Source: Chitinophagaceae bacterium (GTDB lineage: Bacteria; Bacteroidota; Bacteroidia; Chitinophagales; Chitinophagaceae). Taken from it: a stretch of DNA of 64,000 nucleotides. This document shows, in pieces, positions 56,081-64,000 of this stretch. The notes below the pieces were generated by a model, which had not been told where the DNA came from, ran no database searches, and was given only the letters and a program-made list of their open reading frames with translations. The translations under genes were made by a program, and so were the position numbers. How positions within the stretch are numbered: position 1 is the stretch's first letter; each line of letters starts with the position of its first letter. The stretch lies in the NCBI GenBank assembly GCA_044229375.1, contig JBGATE010000001.1:618-64617 (forward strand). Direction: 5' to 3'.

Positions 56081-57781
56081 ATGAAACGCTTTGCAGCAGG
56101 ACTGTTGTTGCTGGCAGTTCTCCCCGCTCTTTCCTATTCACAGCAGGAATATAAGGGAACTATATCGCTGATACCAAAAGGCCCGGATCATAACGCCGCC
56201 TATTATACCAACAAAATAAGCATGAAGGTTGAACCCGGAGGTGCGGCGGTGCTTACCGCCAATCTGAAATTTGGACCCAAAACGGAACCCGGGGATTATA
56301 TCGCCTTCACCGGCTCGATTCCGGGTACGTTCGATGGCAATGAACTCAGTCTTAACGGACCGCTGAACCAGGCCATGCAGGACGGAAAACGGTTTGAGGA
56401 AGCGGCTGTACAAACAAGGGTAAGCGGACAAAAAGAAGGAGATCTCATTACCGGCACTATTTATATGCGGTATGATGGAAGGGAAGAATCCACGATGACC
56501 TTCACCCTTCGGCCCGGTGAAATGGTGCCGGAGCTGCTTTTTCCTTTAGGCAAAAGCCCCAAAGTTTTTGATAAAGGGTGGCTGTTTGGCGCTTCATTCA
56601 AAATAACCGGTAAAGACAATGAAGAGATCGACCTTACCGAAGAAATATCCTGGAGCGGCAGCGGCAGTTTTGAGCCGGACAAAGGAGCCAGCAGCCGTCC
56701 TGTGTTTAACAGCGTGGGGGAAAATAAGATCGTACTAACGGTAGAGCATGAAGGCAAAAAATACAGTAAGGAATATACGGTGATCACCGTTAATGCCAGC
56801 CGGTATGCAAGAGTGGGAAGCCTGGCAAAATGTCCCGCAGACGCTCATGGATGCATGGCCGATCCCTTCACTGTAATGGGACCGGTTATGACCGGGAATG
56901 CCAATGTGCTGATCAACGGTTTGCCGGCTGCCTGCGAAGGCGACAGGGGAAGACATGCTGTCTGTGCCGGATCCAACACTTTTACGATAACGGGCGGCGA
57001 TGATGAAGTGCTGATCAACGGAAAAAGAGCAGCGAAGGAAGGCAGCGAAACAACCCACTGCGGAGGAATGGGCAGTATCATTAGCCTGGAAAGTAAAACA
57101 ACGGATAAGCTAATGGCTTTATCAAAAAATGTGCAATTCACCGACGGGCAGGGAAAATCTGTTTCACCGTCCGGAAAACCTGTCGCCGGGACCAAAATGG
57201 TAACAGGACCCAATGGTCTTGTAATAATGAGTCCCGACCGGAATACGGTAATGATGCTACTACCCGATTGCCAGGCGCTCATTACCGGTAATGATGAAAA
57301 TTATATGACCATAGAGCTATCAGGGGGGCAGTTATTTGTTAATGGCGAAAAGGGTGATGATCATAAAATGCTGCTGATCGAGACCTTCAACGAAAAACTG
57401 GTGAAAAAAGGAACCCGGTTTCTTTTTTCTCACAATAAAGACAGCAGCCGGCTGATCGTTTATGAAGGAGAAGTGGAGATCACCCTGAAGAAAGACAACA
57501 GCATTCTCCTTGTTCCGGCGGGCAACGTTTATTTCAATGATTTTAAGAACCCCTACAGCATTCGGGATACGTTACAGTTTCAGTCGGCTGCACAGTTAAT
57601 GTCCATTCCGAAAGACAGCGCATACTGGCAGTTACCCCAGCAAGAAGAAGCGGTAACGGAGACCACTGTAAAAAAGCCGGTTGATTTTTTGGAGATGGCA
57701 AAGAGATACTGGTATATCGCTGCCGGTGGCTTGTTGATAATTGTACTCCTGGTATTTTGGGGCAAAAGGAAGAAGAGCTGA
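56081..57781 (+). CDS. Signal-peptide, PAAR-like + FecR-like domain protein with C-terminal TM anchor
   Basis: YARVG..C..DAHGC, VLINGLPAACEGD..H..C and VLINGKRAAKEG..T.HCGG (PAAR repeats); KGTRF, IVYEGEVEI (FecR-like); YWYIAAGGLLIIVLLVFWGKRKKS. Confidence 0.8.
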   Translation: MKRFAAGLLLLAVLPALSYSQQEYKGTISLIPKGPDHNAAYYTNKISMKVEPGGAAVLTANLKFGPKTEPGDYIAFTGSIPGTFDGNELSLNGPLNQAMQDGKRFEEAAVQTRVSGQKEGDLITGTIYMRYDGREESTMTFTLRPGEMVPELLFPLGKSPKVFDKGWLFGASFKITGKDNEEIDLTEEISWSGSGSFEPDKGASSRPVFNSVGENKIVLTVEHEGKKYSKEYTVITVNASRYARVGSLAKCPADAHGCMADPFTVMGPVMTGNANVLINGLPAACEGDRGRHAVCAGSNTFTITGGDDEVLINGKRAAKEGSETTHCGGMGSIISLESKTTDKLMALSKNVQFTDGQGKSVSPSGKPVAGTKMVTGPNGLVIMSPDRNTVMMLLPDCQALITGNDENYMTIELSGGQLFVNGEKGDDHKMLLIETFNEKLVKKGTRFLFSHNKDSSRLIVYEGEVEITLKKDNSILLVPAGNVYFNDFKNPYSIRDTLQFQSAAQLMSIPKDSAYWQLPQQEEAVTETTVKKPVDFLEMAKRYWYIAAGGLLIIVLLVFWGKRKKS

Positions 57782-57933
57782 GGAAGCCCGGGAGTCTTTG
57801 GAAGTCTGCCCTCCGGCAAACAGGCATGATTAATATCATGTCGTTCTGATGCATTAAATACCCCAAAAAATCGTCTAACAGGAGCAAGGAAGTGCCGAAA
57901 ACCTTTTTACAAAGTAGGCGCAAAACTTCTGTT

Positions 57934-58542
57934 ATGAAAGCTCTTAAAAATAGGGGCCTTGCAATTGCACTCGCCCTGTCTGCCGCGGTTTTTAGCGGGT
58001 GTGATACGCCGTTATATATTACCGGTGGTATCACCTACAGTAACCCGGCCTGGGCTCCGCCTTATCATCCCGGTGCGAGGTATTATTATATGCCGGATAT
58101 TGAAACCTATTACGATATGGCCGATCACCAGTATATATACCTTCAAAACGGCCAGTGGATGTATTCCCAGGTATTACCCTCCGTTTATGCGCAATACGAT
58201 CTTTACTCCGGTTTTGTCATTACCCTGAATATTGGCGTTTACCAGCCCTGGATGCACCACCAGTATTATGTATCTCACTACCCACGTTATTATTACCAGA
58301 ATATTTACCAGGCTGATTACCGGAATATGCGGGGATACAATGAAAACGACCGGAAGCCATTTTACTGGCTGCAGGGCGACCAGGACCGGATGAGAGAACT
58401 GCGGAACAACCCGCCGCCGGCGCCGAGACCCGAAGTGAAGCTGCCCCCGCAGAACACCAATTATTATGGCCGGCCCGTAGGAGATCCTGTAAAAGTGAAA
58501 CCGCAGATGAAAAAAAAGGTGGAAAGAAAGGTCAGGAATTAA
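57934..58542 (+). CDS. Hypothetical Tyr/Pro-rich lipoprotein
   Basis: Lipobox FSGC; P.WAP, RYYY.PDIE.YYD, LP..Y..YDLY. Confidence 0.8.
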   Translation: MKALKNRGLAIALALSAAVFSGCDTPLYITGGITYSNPAWAPPYHPGARYYYMPDIETYYDMADHQYIYLQNGQWMYSQVLPSVYAQYDLYSGFVITLNIGVYQPWMHHQYYVSHYPRYYYQNIYQADYRNMRGYNENDRKPFYWLQGDQDRMRELRNNPPPAPRPEVKLPPQNTNYYGRPVGDPVKVKPQMKKKVERKVRN

Positions 58543-58740
58543 ATACTTTGTTGATCATAGTATTTGTTCTGCAATAGGCGAAACGGTAGTGGGGGGGGAT
58601 TATGTTCCGGACTCCGGACTGATTCGGTTAATTTTCTCTGACCAGTTATGTTCCTGGTCGTCATGACAATCCTGAATAAAGCATATCCATCATCATTGCT
58701 TCAAGCCTATAATGGTTAACTTGCATCAGTGAAGGGTCTT

Positions 58741-58810
58741 ACTGCCGACTGCCGACTGCCGACTGACGACTGACGACTGACGACTGACGACTGACGACTC
58801 ATCACTCACC
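58741..58810. repeat. 7-bp tandem repeat (ACTGMCG)8 plus 2 degenerate units
   Basis: (actgccg)3(actgacg)5 actcatc actcacc, ending 4 bp before the ABC transporter ATG. Confidence 0.92.
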
Positions 58811-58814
58811 TCTC

Positions 58815-60734
58815 ATGTCCACTGCAACCCGACATTTAAACGAAACATCAAAAGAAGCCGGATCCGGCAAGGCAAAGATTTCAAGGGAAAGCCTGCGGGA
58901 AGCACTTGCACTTTTCCGTTACCTGAAACCGCATCGCGGAAAATTCATCGGGGGACTGATCTTTATCGCCCTCTCGGCCTTTACCACCAGTTTGTTTCCT
59001 CTCTTTCTCGGGAAAATGATCGATGCCGCCGCACCGGGAACCGTGATGCCCGGAATGAATACGGGTTCGCAATATGATTTTGGATTAAAGAATATTCACT
59101 GGAGTTTAAATACCACATTACTCCTCATCTTTTGTCAACTGGCCGTGCAAACTGTTTTTTCCTTTATGCGGGTCTATTTGCTCACCTCGGCAGGCGAGCG
59201 ATCCCTCGCGGATATGCGCAGGGATGTGTACAGCAAACTGCTCACGATGCCCATGAGTTTTTTTACAGAGAAAAGAGTGGGAGAGTTGAGCAACCGTATT
59301 TCTTCTGATCTGTCTCAAATACAGGATGCCATTTCGTTTACGCTTGCTGAATTCCTGAGAGGCATCTTCACATTGATCATCGGTTTGTTCTTTATTTTCT
59401 GGATCAGCGCCAAGCTGGCCCTGGTGATGCTGGCCGTAGTGCCGATCATTGCCATCCTCGCGGTGGTGTTCGGGATGCGGATCCGCAAGATGTCGCGCCG
59501 GGCGCAGGACCAACTGGCCGACAGCGGCAGCATTGTACAGGAGACCTTTCACGGCATTTCCATCGTCAAGGCCTTCACCAGTGAATTCCATGAGATCAGC
59601 CGTTATGTAAAAAGCATCCGTGCCGTAGTGGGAACCGCGATCAGCAATGCCCGTTACCGCGGCGCCTTTATCGCGTTCATGATCTTCAGCGTATTCGGCA
59701 CCATTGCATTTGTGATGTGGTATGGCGCGGGTATGATCAAGTCGGGAGAACTCAGCATGGGCTCCCTTACGATGTTCGTGATCTTTTCGATGTTTGTCGG
59801 AGGCACTTTTGCCGGTTTTGCCGATATGTTCTCGCAGCTGCAAAAAACGCTGGGCGCCACACAAAGCGTACGGGAGATCCTGCGCGGCGAAAGCGAAGTG
59901 GTGGAGACAACGGAAGTGGTGGTGGAACCACAAAATATCATAAAGGGCCAGGTGCGTTTCGATCATGTGGCATTTTGTTATCCCAGCCGTAAAGATGTGC
60001 CGGTATTAAAAGACCTGACCCTCGCCGCAAGGGACGGTGAGCAGATCGCTATCGTGGGACCCAGCGGCGCGGGGAAATCGACCATCGCTTCCCTGTTATT
60101 AAGATTTTACGAACCCGACAGCGGCGGCATTTATTTCGATGAAAGACCTGCCCGTGAATTTCCCCTCTCGCAACTGCGGCGGCAGATGGCTTTTGTTCCG
60201 CAGGAAGTGATCCTGTTCGGCGGGAGCATCAGAGAAAATATCGCTTACGGAAAACCCGATGCTACGGACGAGGAGATCATGGCCGCGGCCAAAAGCGCCA
60301 ATGCGCATGTGTTCATAGAGCGGTTCCCTGAAAAATACGAGACCATTGTGGGTGAGCGGGGAATCAAACTCAGCGGCGGCCAAAGACAGCGGATCGCCAT
60401 TGCACGCGCCATTTTAAAGGACCCGGCCATCCTGATCCTGGATGAAGCCACTTCATCACTGGACAGCGAAAGCGAGCAACTGGTACAGGAAGCGCTGGAC
60501 AACCTGATGAAGGGCCGCACTTCTTTTGTGATTGCCCACCGGCTTTCGACCATCCGGAATGCTGATAAGATCGTGCTCATTGACAAAGGCATCGTCAGCG
60601 AGGCCGGCACCCATACCGAACTCATGGCCCATAACGGGCTTTACCGCAAGCTCAATGAAATGCAGTTTGAGTTTGGGGTGGTGACGCAATCGCCGGTGGT
60701 GAATCCGGAGAGTTTTCGGGAGGGTGAAGAATGA
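58815..60734 (+). CDS. ABC transporter fused permease/ATPase (MsbA/ABCB-like exporter)
   Basis: TMD plus GPSGAGKST, LSGGQRQR, ILDEATS, IAHRLST. Confidence 0.95.
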   Translation: MSTATRHLNETSKEAGSGKAKISRESLREALALFRYLKPHRGKFIGGLIFIALSAFTTSLFPLFLGKMIDAAAPGTVMPGMNTGSQYDFGLKNIHWSLNTTLLLIFCQLAVQTVFSFMRVYLLTSAGERSLADMRRDVYSKLLTMPMSFFTEKRVGELSNRISSDLSQIQDAISFTLAEFLRGIFTLIIGLFFIFWISAKLALVMLAVVPIIAILAVVFGMRIRKMSRRAQDQLADSGSIVQETFHGISIVKAFTSEFHEISRYVKSIRAVVGTAISNARYRGAFIAFMIFSVFGTIAFVMWYGAGMIKSGELSMGSLTMFVIFSMFVGGTFAGFADMFSQLQKTLGATQSVREILRGESEVVETTEVVVEPQNIIKGQVRFDHVAFCYPSRKDVPVLKDLTLAARDGEQIAIVGPSGAGKSTIASLLLRFYEPDSGGIYFDERPAREFPLSQLRRQMAFVPQEVILFGGSIRENIAYGKPDATDEEIMAAAKSANAHVFIERFPEKYETIVGERGIKLSGGQRQRIAIARAILKDPAILILDEATSSLDSESEQLVQEALDNLMKGRTSFVIAHRLSTIRNADKIVLIDKGIVSEAGTHTELMAHNGLYRKLNEMQFEFGVVTQSPVVNPESFREGEE

Positions 60735-60752
60735 TATCCCAAATTATATTTT

Positions 60753-62735
60753 TTAAACAACCTCAAACCCTATTTGAGATAAATATTCAAAAGTAGGGTC
60801 ATAGAACTGAGATTTCCGAGTCCCATCCTCGGTAGATCCATAAGGTATATAAATTATCATCCCTTGCCTGGCTCTAGTTAATAAAACCCTGTATGCATTT
60901 TTTAAGTATTGTTTTCTATACTCCTTATTGATATTATTCCACTTTGTTGGCTTTTCTGATCTTACTAATAATTCAAAATATCCCCAACCCTTTGTAGAAT
61001 ATCTAAAATCTGCATCCCATGTTACACAACTCCAGTCTAATTCCAACCCCTGTACATGGAATTCTGTCGCAACATCCTCCAAATAAAATGAAGATCGTAC
61101 GTCATCCTTTCCTTCTAAAAACCAATTTACTGGATTCATTGGTGATTTTATATCGATACCATGTGGCTTTAATCGACTTGCCTTTGAAGAAACAATAAGA
61201 CCATATCGCTCGCTTCCCCGAGCTTTCAGTTTTAACCACTCTTTAGCTTTATCCAAATTTCGAGTAAGGACAATTGGATATTTCTCTTTAATGGCTTCAT
61301 AGTTTTCTTTGGCTTCGCCCATGTTTAAATCTAAAAGATTCTTTACTAATAAAGAAACGTTTTCAGCCCTAAATGATCGCATAGATACTGAAAGATGAAG
61401 ATCGTCCTTAATAAAAACATTTTTTCTTGAATTAACAAGATCAATCGCTTTCCCGGCCGCATATTCAGCATCCGTTAATTTTGAAGATAAGTAAATATGC
61501 CATTTAGGAAATGATCGATTCAACGATTCAAACCACTCACTAATACCTGCCTCTCCAGTATTTATTTCCTGCCCACCTCCAACAAGACATACAATTACCG
61601 CCCAATCAGCATGCCGGTTAAGACAAGAAATTAAAAATTCCGGTTCTGAAATATCGAAGTTATTAATCCCTCTTTTGCGCTTCATAAAATTTGCTGTTTG
61701 GGTAAGATCCCATGCCCGCTGAGCTTCATCAAAAATTGCTACGTGATCAAACGGCGCCTTCTTGTCAATAATATAATCATCCCGAAATGTATGGACATTT
61801 TGAATTATCAGTTTTACTTCGCTAAATATTTCCCCCTTTTTGACTTTATTTCCCTTTTGTTTTTCTCTTTTAACTCTATCTCTAGTTAATGCTTCTCTTA
61901 AGATTGAAACTAGTGGGCCATTGCCAGATAAATAAACACTAGTTGTTTTCTTTTCAGCATCCATATGTTTGGTTGCTACGTCCAATCCAATTAAAGTCTT
62001 GCCGGCACCCGGAACTCCTGTTACAAAACAAATAGCTTTCTCGTGAGTGTTTTTAGCACTCTTTATTACTTCTGAAATTACATTGCTCGTAACTGACAGA
62101 TTTTTTGCAGAGGCGTCACTTCTAGTAATTTCTACTACAGAATGATTATTATACAACGCCATTGCTGCTTCGATTATAGTCGGAGTAGGTGAGTATCGTC
62201 CTTGTGTCCATACTTCTGAGTCAATGATTTCTCCATCAGCAAAACCTAAAATATTCTCAATAATTCCCCGAAGAGCTTCTATGTTAGATTTTATAGGGAA
62301 AAGTAGCCTATCATTGTGCGGTGTTGTACAAATTGATGAAAAGACATTAGTTGCTTCGGTTGCTATTAGTATCGGAGCGATTAAATGCTTATGACTTGTT
62401 TCATGAAAATTTTTAAGATCAAGTGCATAATCCCAAACTTGGTCAATTGATGAAAAATTTTTTTCCCCGATCTTAAACTCCAATACAAAAATTACATTTC
62501 GAATTATAATTACAACATCTATTCTCCCTCCAACTCGCGGAATCGAGTATTCAAAAAAAATAGTCCCTTGATATCCATTCAATACTGTTTGCAATATTTT
62601 GATTTCTTGAATCCACGCTTCTTTTTGGTTTTTTGTATCATCGAATTTGCTATTTTGAGAAAGTTCCCCTAAAATTTCTTGTATAGTAGCATTACAAAAA
62701 TTTGACACTAGATCTGAGTAAAAATGCCTTTTCAT
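60753..62735 (-). CDS. DUF2075 (Schlafen group 3-like) helicase with N-terminal PD-(D/E)xK-like nuclease domain
   Basis: GRIDVV...VLEFK; Walker A GVPGAGKT; DEAQR; [10 protein letters not shown]; QGLELDW; [13 protein letters not shown]; markedly AT-rich. Confidence 0.85.
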   Translation of the reverse strand: MKRHFYSDLVSNFCNATIQEILGELSQNSKFDDTKNQKEAWIQEIKILQTVLNGYQGTIFFEYSIPRVGGRIDVVIIIRNVIFVLEFKIGEKNFSSIDQVWDYALDLKNFHETSHKHLIAPILIATEATNVFSSICTTPHNDRLLFPIKSNIEALRGIIENILGFADGEIIDSEVWTQGRYSPTPTIIEAAMALYNNHSVVEITRSDASAKNLSVTSNVISEVIKSAKNTHEKAICFVTGVPGAGKTLIGLDVATKHMDAEKKTTSVYLSGNGPLVSILREALTRDRVKREKQKGNKVKKGEIFSEVKLIIQNVHTFRDDYIIDKKAPFDHVAIFDEAQRAWDLTQTANFMKRKRGINNFDISEPEFLISCLNRHADWAVIVCLVGGGQEINTGEAGISEWFESLNRSFPKWHIYLSSKLTDAEYAAGKAIDLVNSRKNVFIKDDLHLSVSMRSFRAENVSLLVKNLLDLNMGEAKENYEAIKEKYPIVLTRNLDKAKEWLKLKARGSERYGLIVSSKASRLKPHGIDIKSPMNPVNWFLEGKDDVRSSFYLEDVATEFHVQGLELDWSCVTWDADFRYSTKGWGYFELLVRSEKPTKWNNINKEYRKQYLKNAYRVLLTRARQGMIIYIPYGSTEDGTRKSQFYDPTFEYLSQIGFEVV

Positions 62736-62919
62736 TCAATTAAGATAAATAATTCTCAAATACTTCTCTTTCAATCTATACCCACGCCACGCATACTCTC
62801 TGCGGCGATTCACTTATTCCCTTGAATTACAAAGACACGGGTTTATTCATAGAGCTTTCTGATCCTTAAATTTCTCTGTGTAACACTAGCGCCTGTATCG
62901 CCAAATACATTACTCTCCC

Positions 62920-63417
62920 TCACATATAATCATTCTCATCCGCACTCGGCCCGTAACTGCCGGGAATGGGCACGTTCAGCAGCCGCAGGTAAACCCCCAG
63001 CTGAGCCCGGTGGTGGATCTGCTGGCTGAGCGACATGCGCAGCACCTCCGCCTTGGGCTGGGTCAGGAAAATACGGTCGCCGTTGCGCAGGGTCCAGGGT
63101 TTGTCCAGCAGGTTCTCGTTTTCCGGTACCAGCACCGAGAGACCCTCGTTGTACCGCTTGTCAAAAAAATCCAGCAGGTCTTTTGTACTGCTGATGTCCG
63201 GCATACCGCCGAATTTGGCGAAATCCAGCTCATCGGTGGTCAGGGTCATGTGTACCCAGCCCGGCAGATCGGCCAGGTGAGTGACCAGGTACTTCATGAC
63301 CATGGATCTTTCATGGGGCTTGTAGTCCCACTTGTCGTTCGGCACCCGGGCCAGCATCTTGCGGGTGGTGGCGCCTTCTTCAATAAACTGCCGTTTCAGG
63401 AATTCAATGATCGTCAT
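62920..63417 (-). CDS. DinB family protein
   Basis: TTRKML..VP, KPHERSM, THLA, HHRAQLGVYLRLL.VP.PGSYGPSADE. Confidence 0.92.
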   Translation of the reverse strand: MTIIEFLKRQFIEEGATTRKMLARVPNDKWDYKPHERSMVMKYLVTHLADLPGWVHMTLTTDELDFAKFGGMPDISSTKDLLDFFDKRYNEGLSVLVPENENLLDKPWTLRNGDRIFLTQPKAEVLRMSLSQQIHHRAQLGVYLRLLNVPIPGSYGPSADENDYM

Positions 63418-63572
63418 TGTTTCTTGTTTTTGCGGGCACGATGAACAGCCCGCCGGTTAACAGGCCAACTTTTACCTTACTGTGAAGGTAAGAACTTGTA
63501 CAGCGCATTATTATCACTCCTTCGCCGGGAATTCAGTAAATTACAGTTCAGCCTTTTCGGCCAGGGCTTCTT

Positions 63573-64000
63573 ATGAAGCGTTTCTTACCATATTGTCTCT
63601 TTCTCTTTTTACTCCCGGCTTCAATTAAAGCGCAAACGGTGGTTAGCATGAAGGTGGAGGGCGCCATCAACCCGGTAACGGCGGAGTTTATTCATGACGG
63701 CATCCAGAAAGCTGCCAGGGAAAATGCCGAATGCCTGGTCATCCATATAAATACACCGGGCGGTCTGCTCAAATCAACCCGGGTCATCGTCAGCGATATA
63801 TTGTCATCCCCCGTACCCGTGATCGTCTATGTTTCCCCGGCGGGTTCACAGTCGGGTTCCGCGGGGGTATTTATCACCCTAGCCGCCCATATCGCCGCCA
63901 TGTCGCCGGGCACCAATATCGGCGCGGCTCACCCGGTGATCCTGCAGGGACAGATGGACAGTATCATGAGCGGGAAAGTGACCAATGATGCGGCGGCCTT
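63573..64000 (+). CDS. nfeD: NfeD-family membrane-bound serine protease (3'-truncated by window edge)
   Basis: Not in the ORF track. Translates MKRFLPYC...GAINPVTAEFI...INTPGGLLKSTR...PVIVYVSPAG..SGSAGVFI..AAHIAAMSPGTNIGAAHPV. Confidence 0.9.
   Translation, partial: MKRFLPYCLFLFLLPASIKAQTVVSMKVEGAINPVTAEFIHDGIQKAARENAECLVIHINTPGGLLKSTRVIVSDILSSPVPVIVYVSPAGSQSGSAGVFITLAAHIAAMSPGTNIGAAHPVILQGQMDSIMSGKVTNDAAA

Noticed and set aside
56081-57781. Type VI secretion or eCIS locus
   Set aside because: Only a lone PAAR-like domain is present, with no VgrG, Hcp, sheath, baseplate or toxin-immunity pair in the window.
62860-62915. Possible integron attC site upstream of the DUF2075 gene (…gtgtaacactagcgcc…)
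   Set aside because: No convincing paired R''/R' boxes, no second site and no integrase were found.
1-64000. tRNA, rRNA, riboswitch, transposase or prophage genes
   Set aside because: None were recognisable by inspection. A covariance-model scan would be needed to exclude small structured RNAs.

Overview
A 64-kb chromosomal segment from a Bacteroidota bacterium, most likely Chitinophagaceae-like, judged from gene content, TAnnTTTG promoters and the lack of Shine-Dalgarno motifs. It carries housekeeping genes: uvrB (partial), polA, a pcrA/uvrD helicase, a pepF-like M3 peptidase, nfuA-like, cmoA-like, an MsbA-like ABC transporter and nfeD (partial). A long minus-strand cluster of small stress/detoxification-type proteins (DUF1801, SRPBCC, VOC, DinB, MmcQ/YjbR, AraC) contains two eroded SRPBCC remnants. 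There is also a Fur/SCO/MerC metal locus and many short intergenic repeat elements. The most striking feature is a ~10.6-kb divergent redox locus (37952-48526). One arm encodes two lipoprotein c-type cytochromes with non-canonical CX4CH/CXCH motifs and a DUF5777-like outer-membrane beta-barrel. The other arm encodes a tandemly duplicated triplet [4-cluster Fe-S protein + NrfD/PsrC membrane protein + unknown membrane-anchored periplasmic protein] and a monoheme cytochrome c. No molybdopterin catalytic subunit is present, and both Fe-S proteins share a Cys->Ala change in the first cluster motif. Other notable items: a signal-peptide/TM-anchored PAAR-FecR fusion protein, a low-GC nuclease-helicase (DUF2075) insertion, two orphan promoter-terminator units that may be sRNAs or small ORFs, and an ArsC-family gene broken by one nonsense codon. 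No rRNA, tRNA, CRISPR array or transposase was recognised. All family assignments are by eye from motifs, not from database searches.
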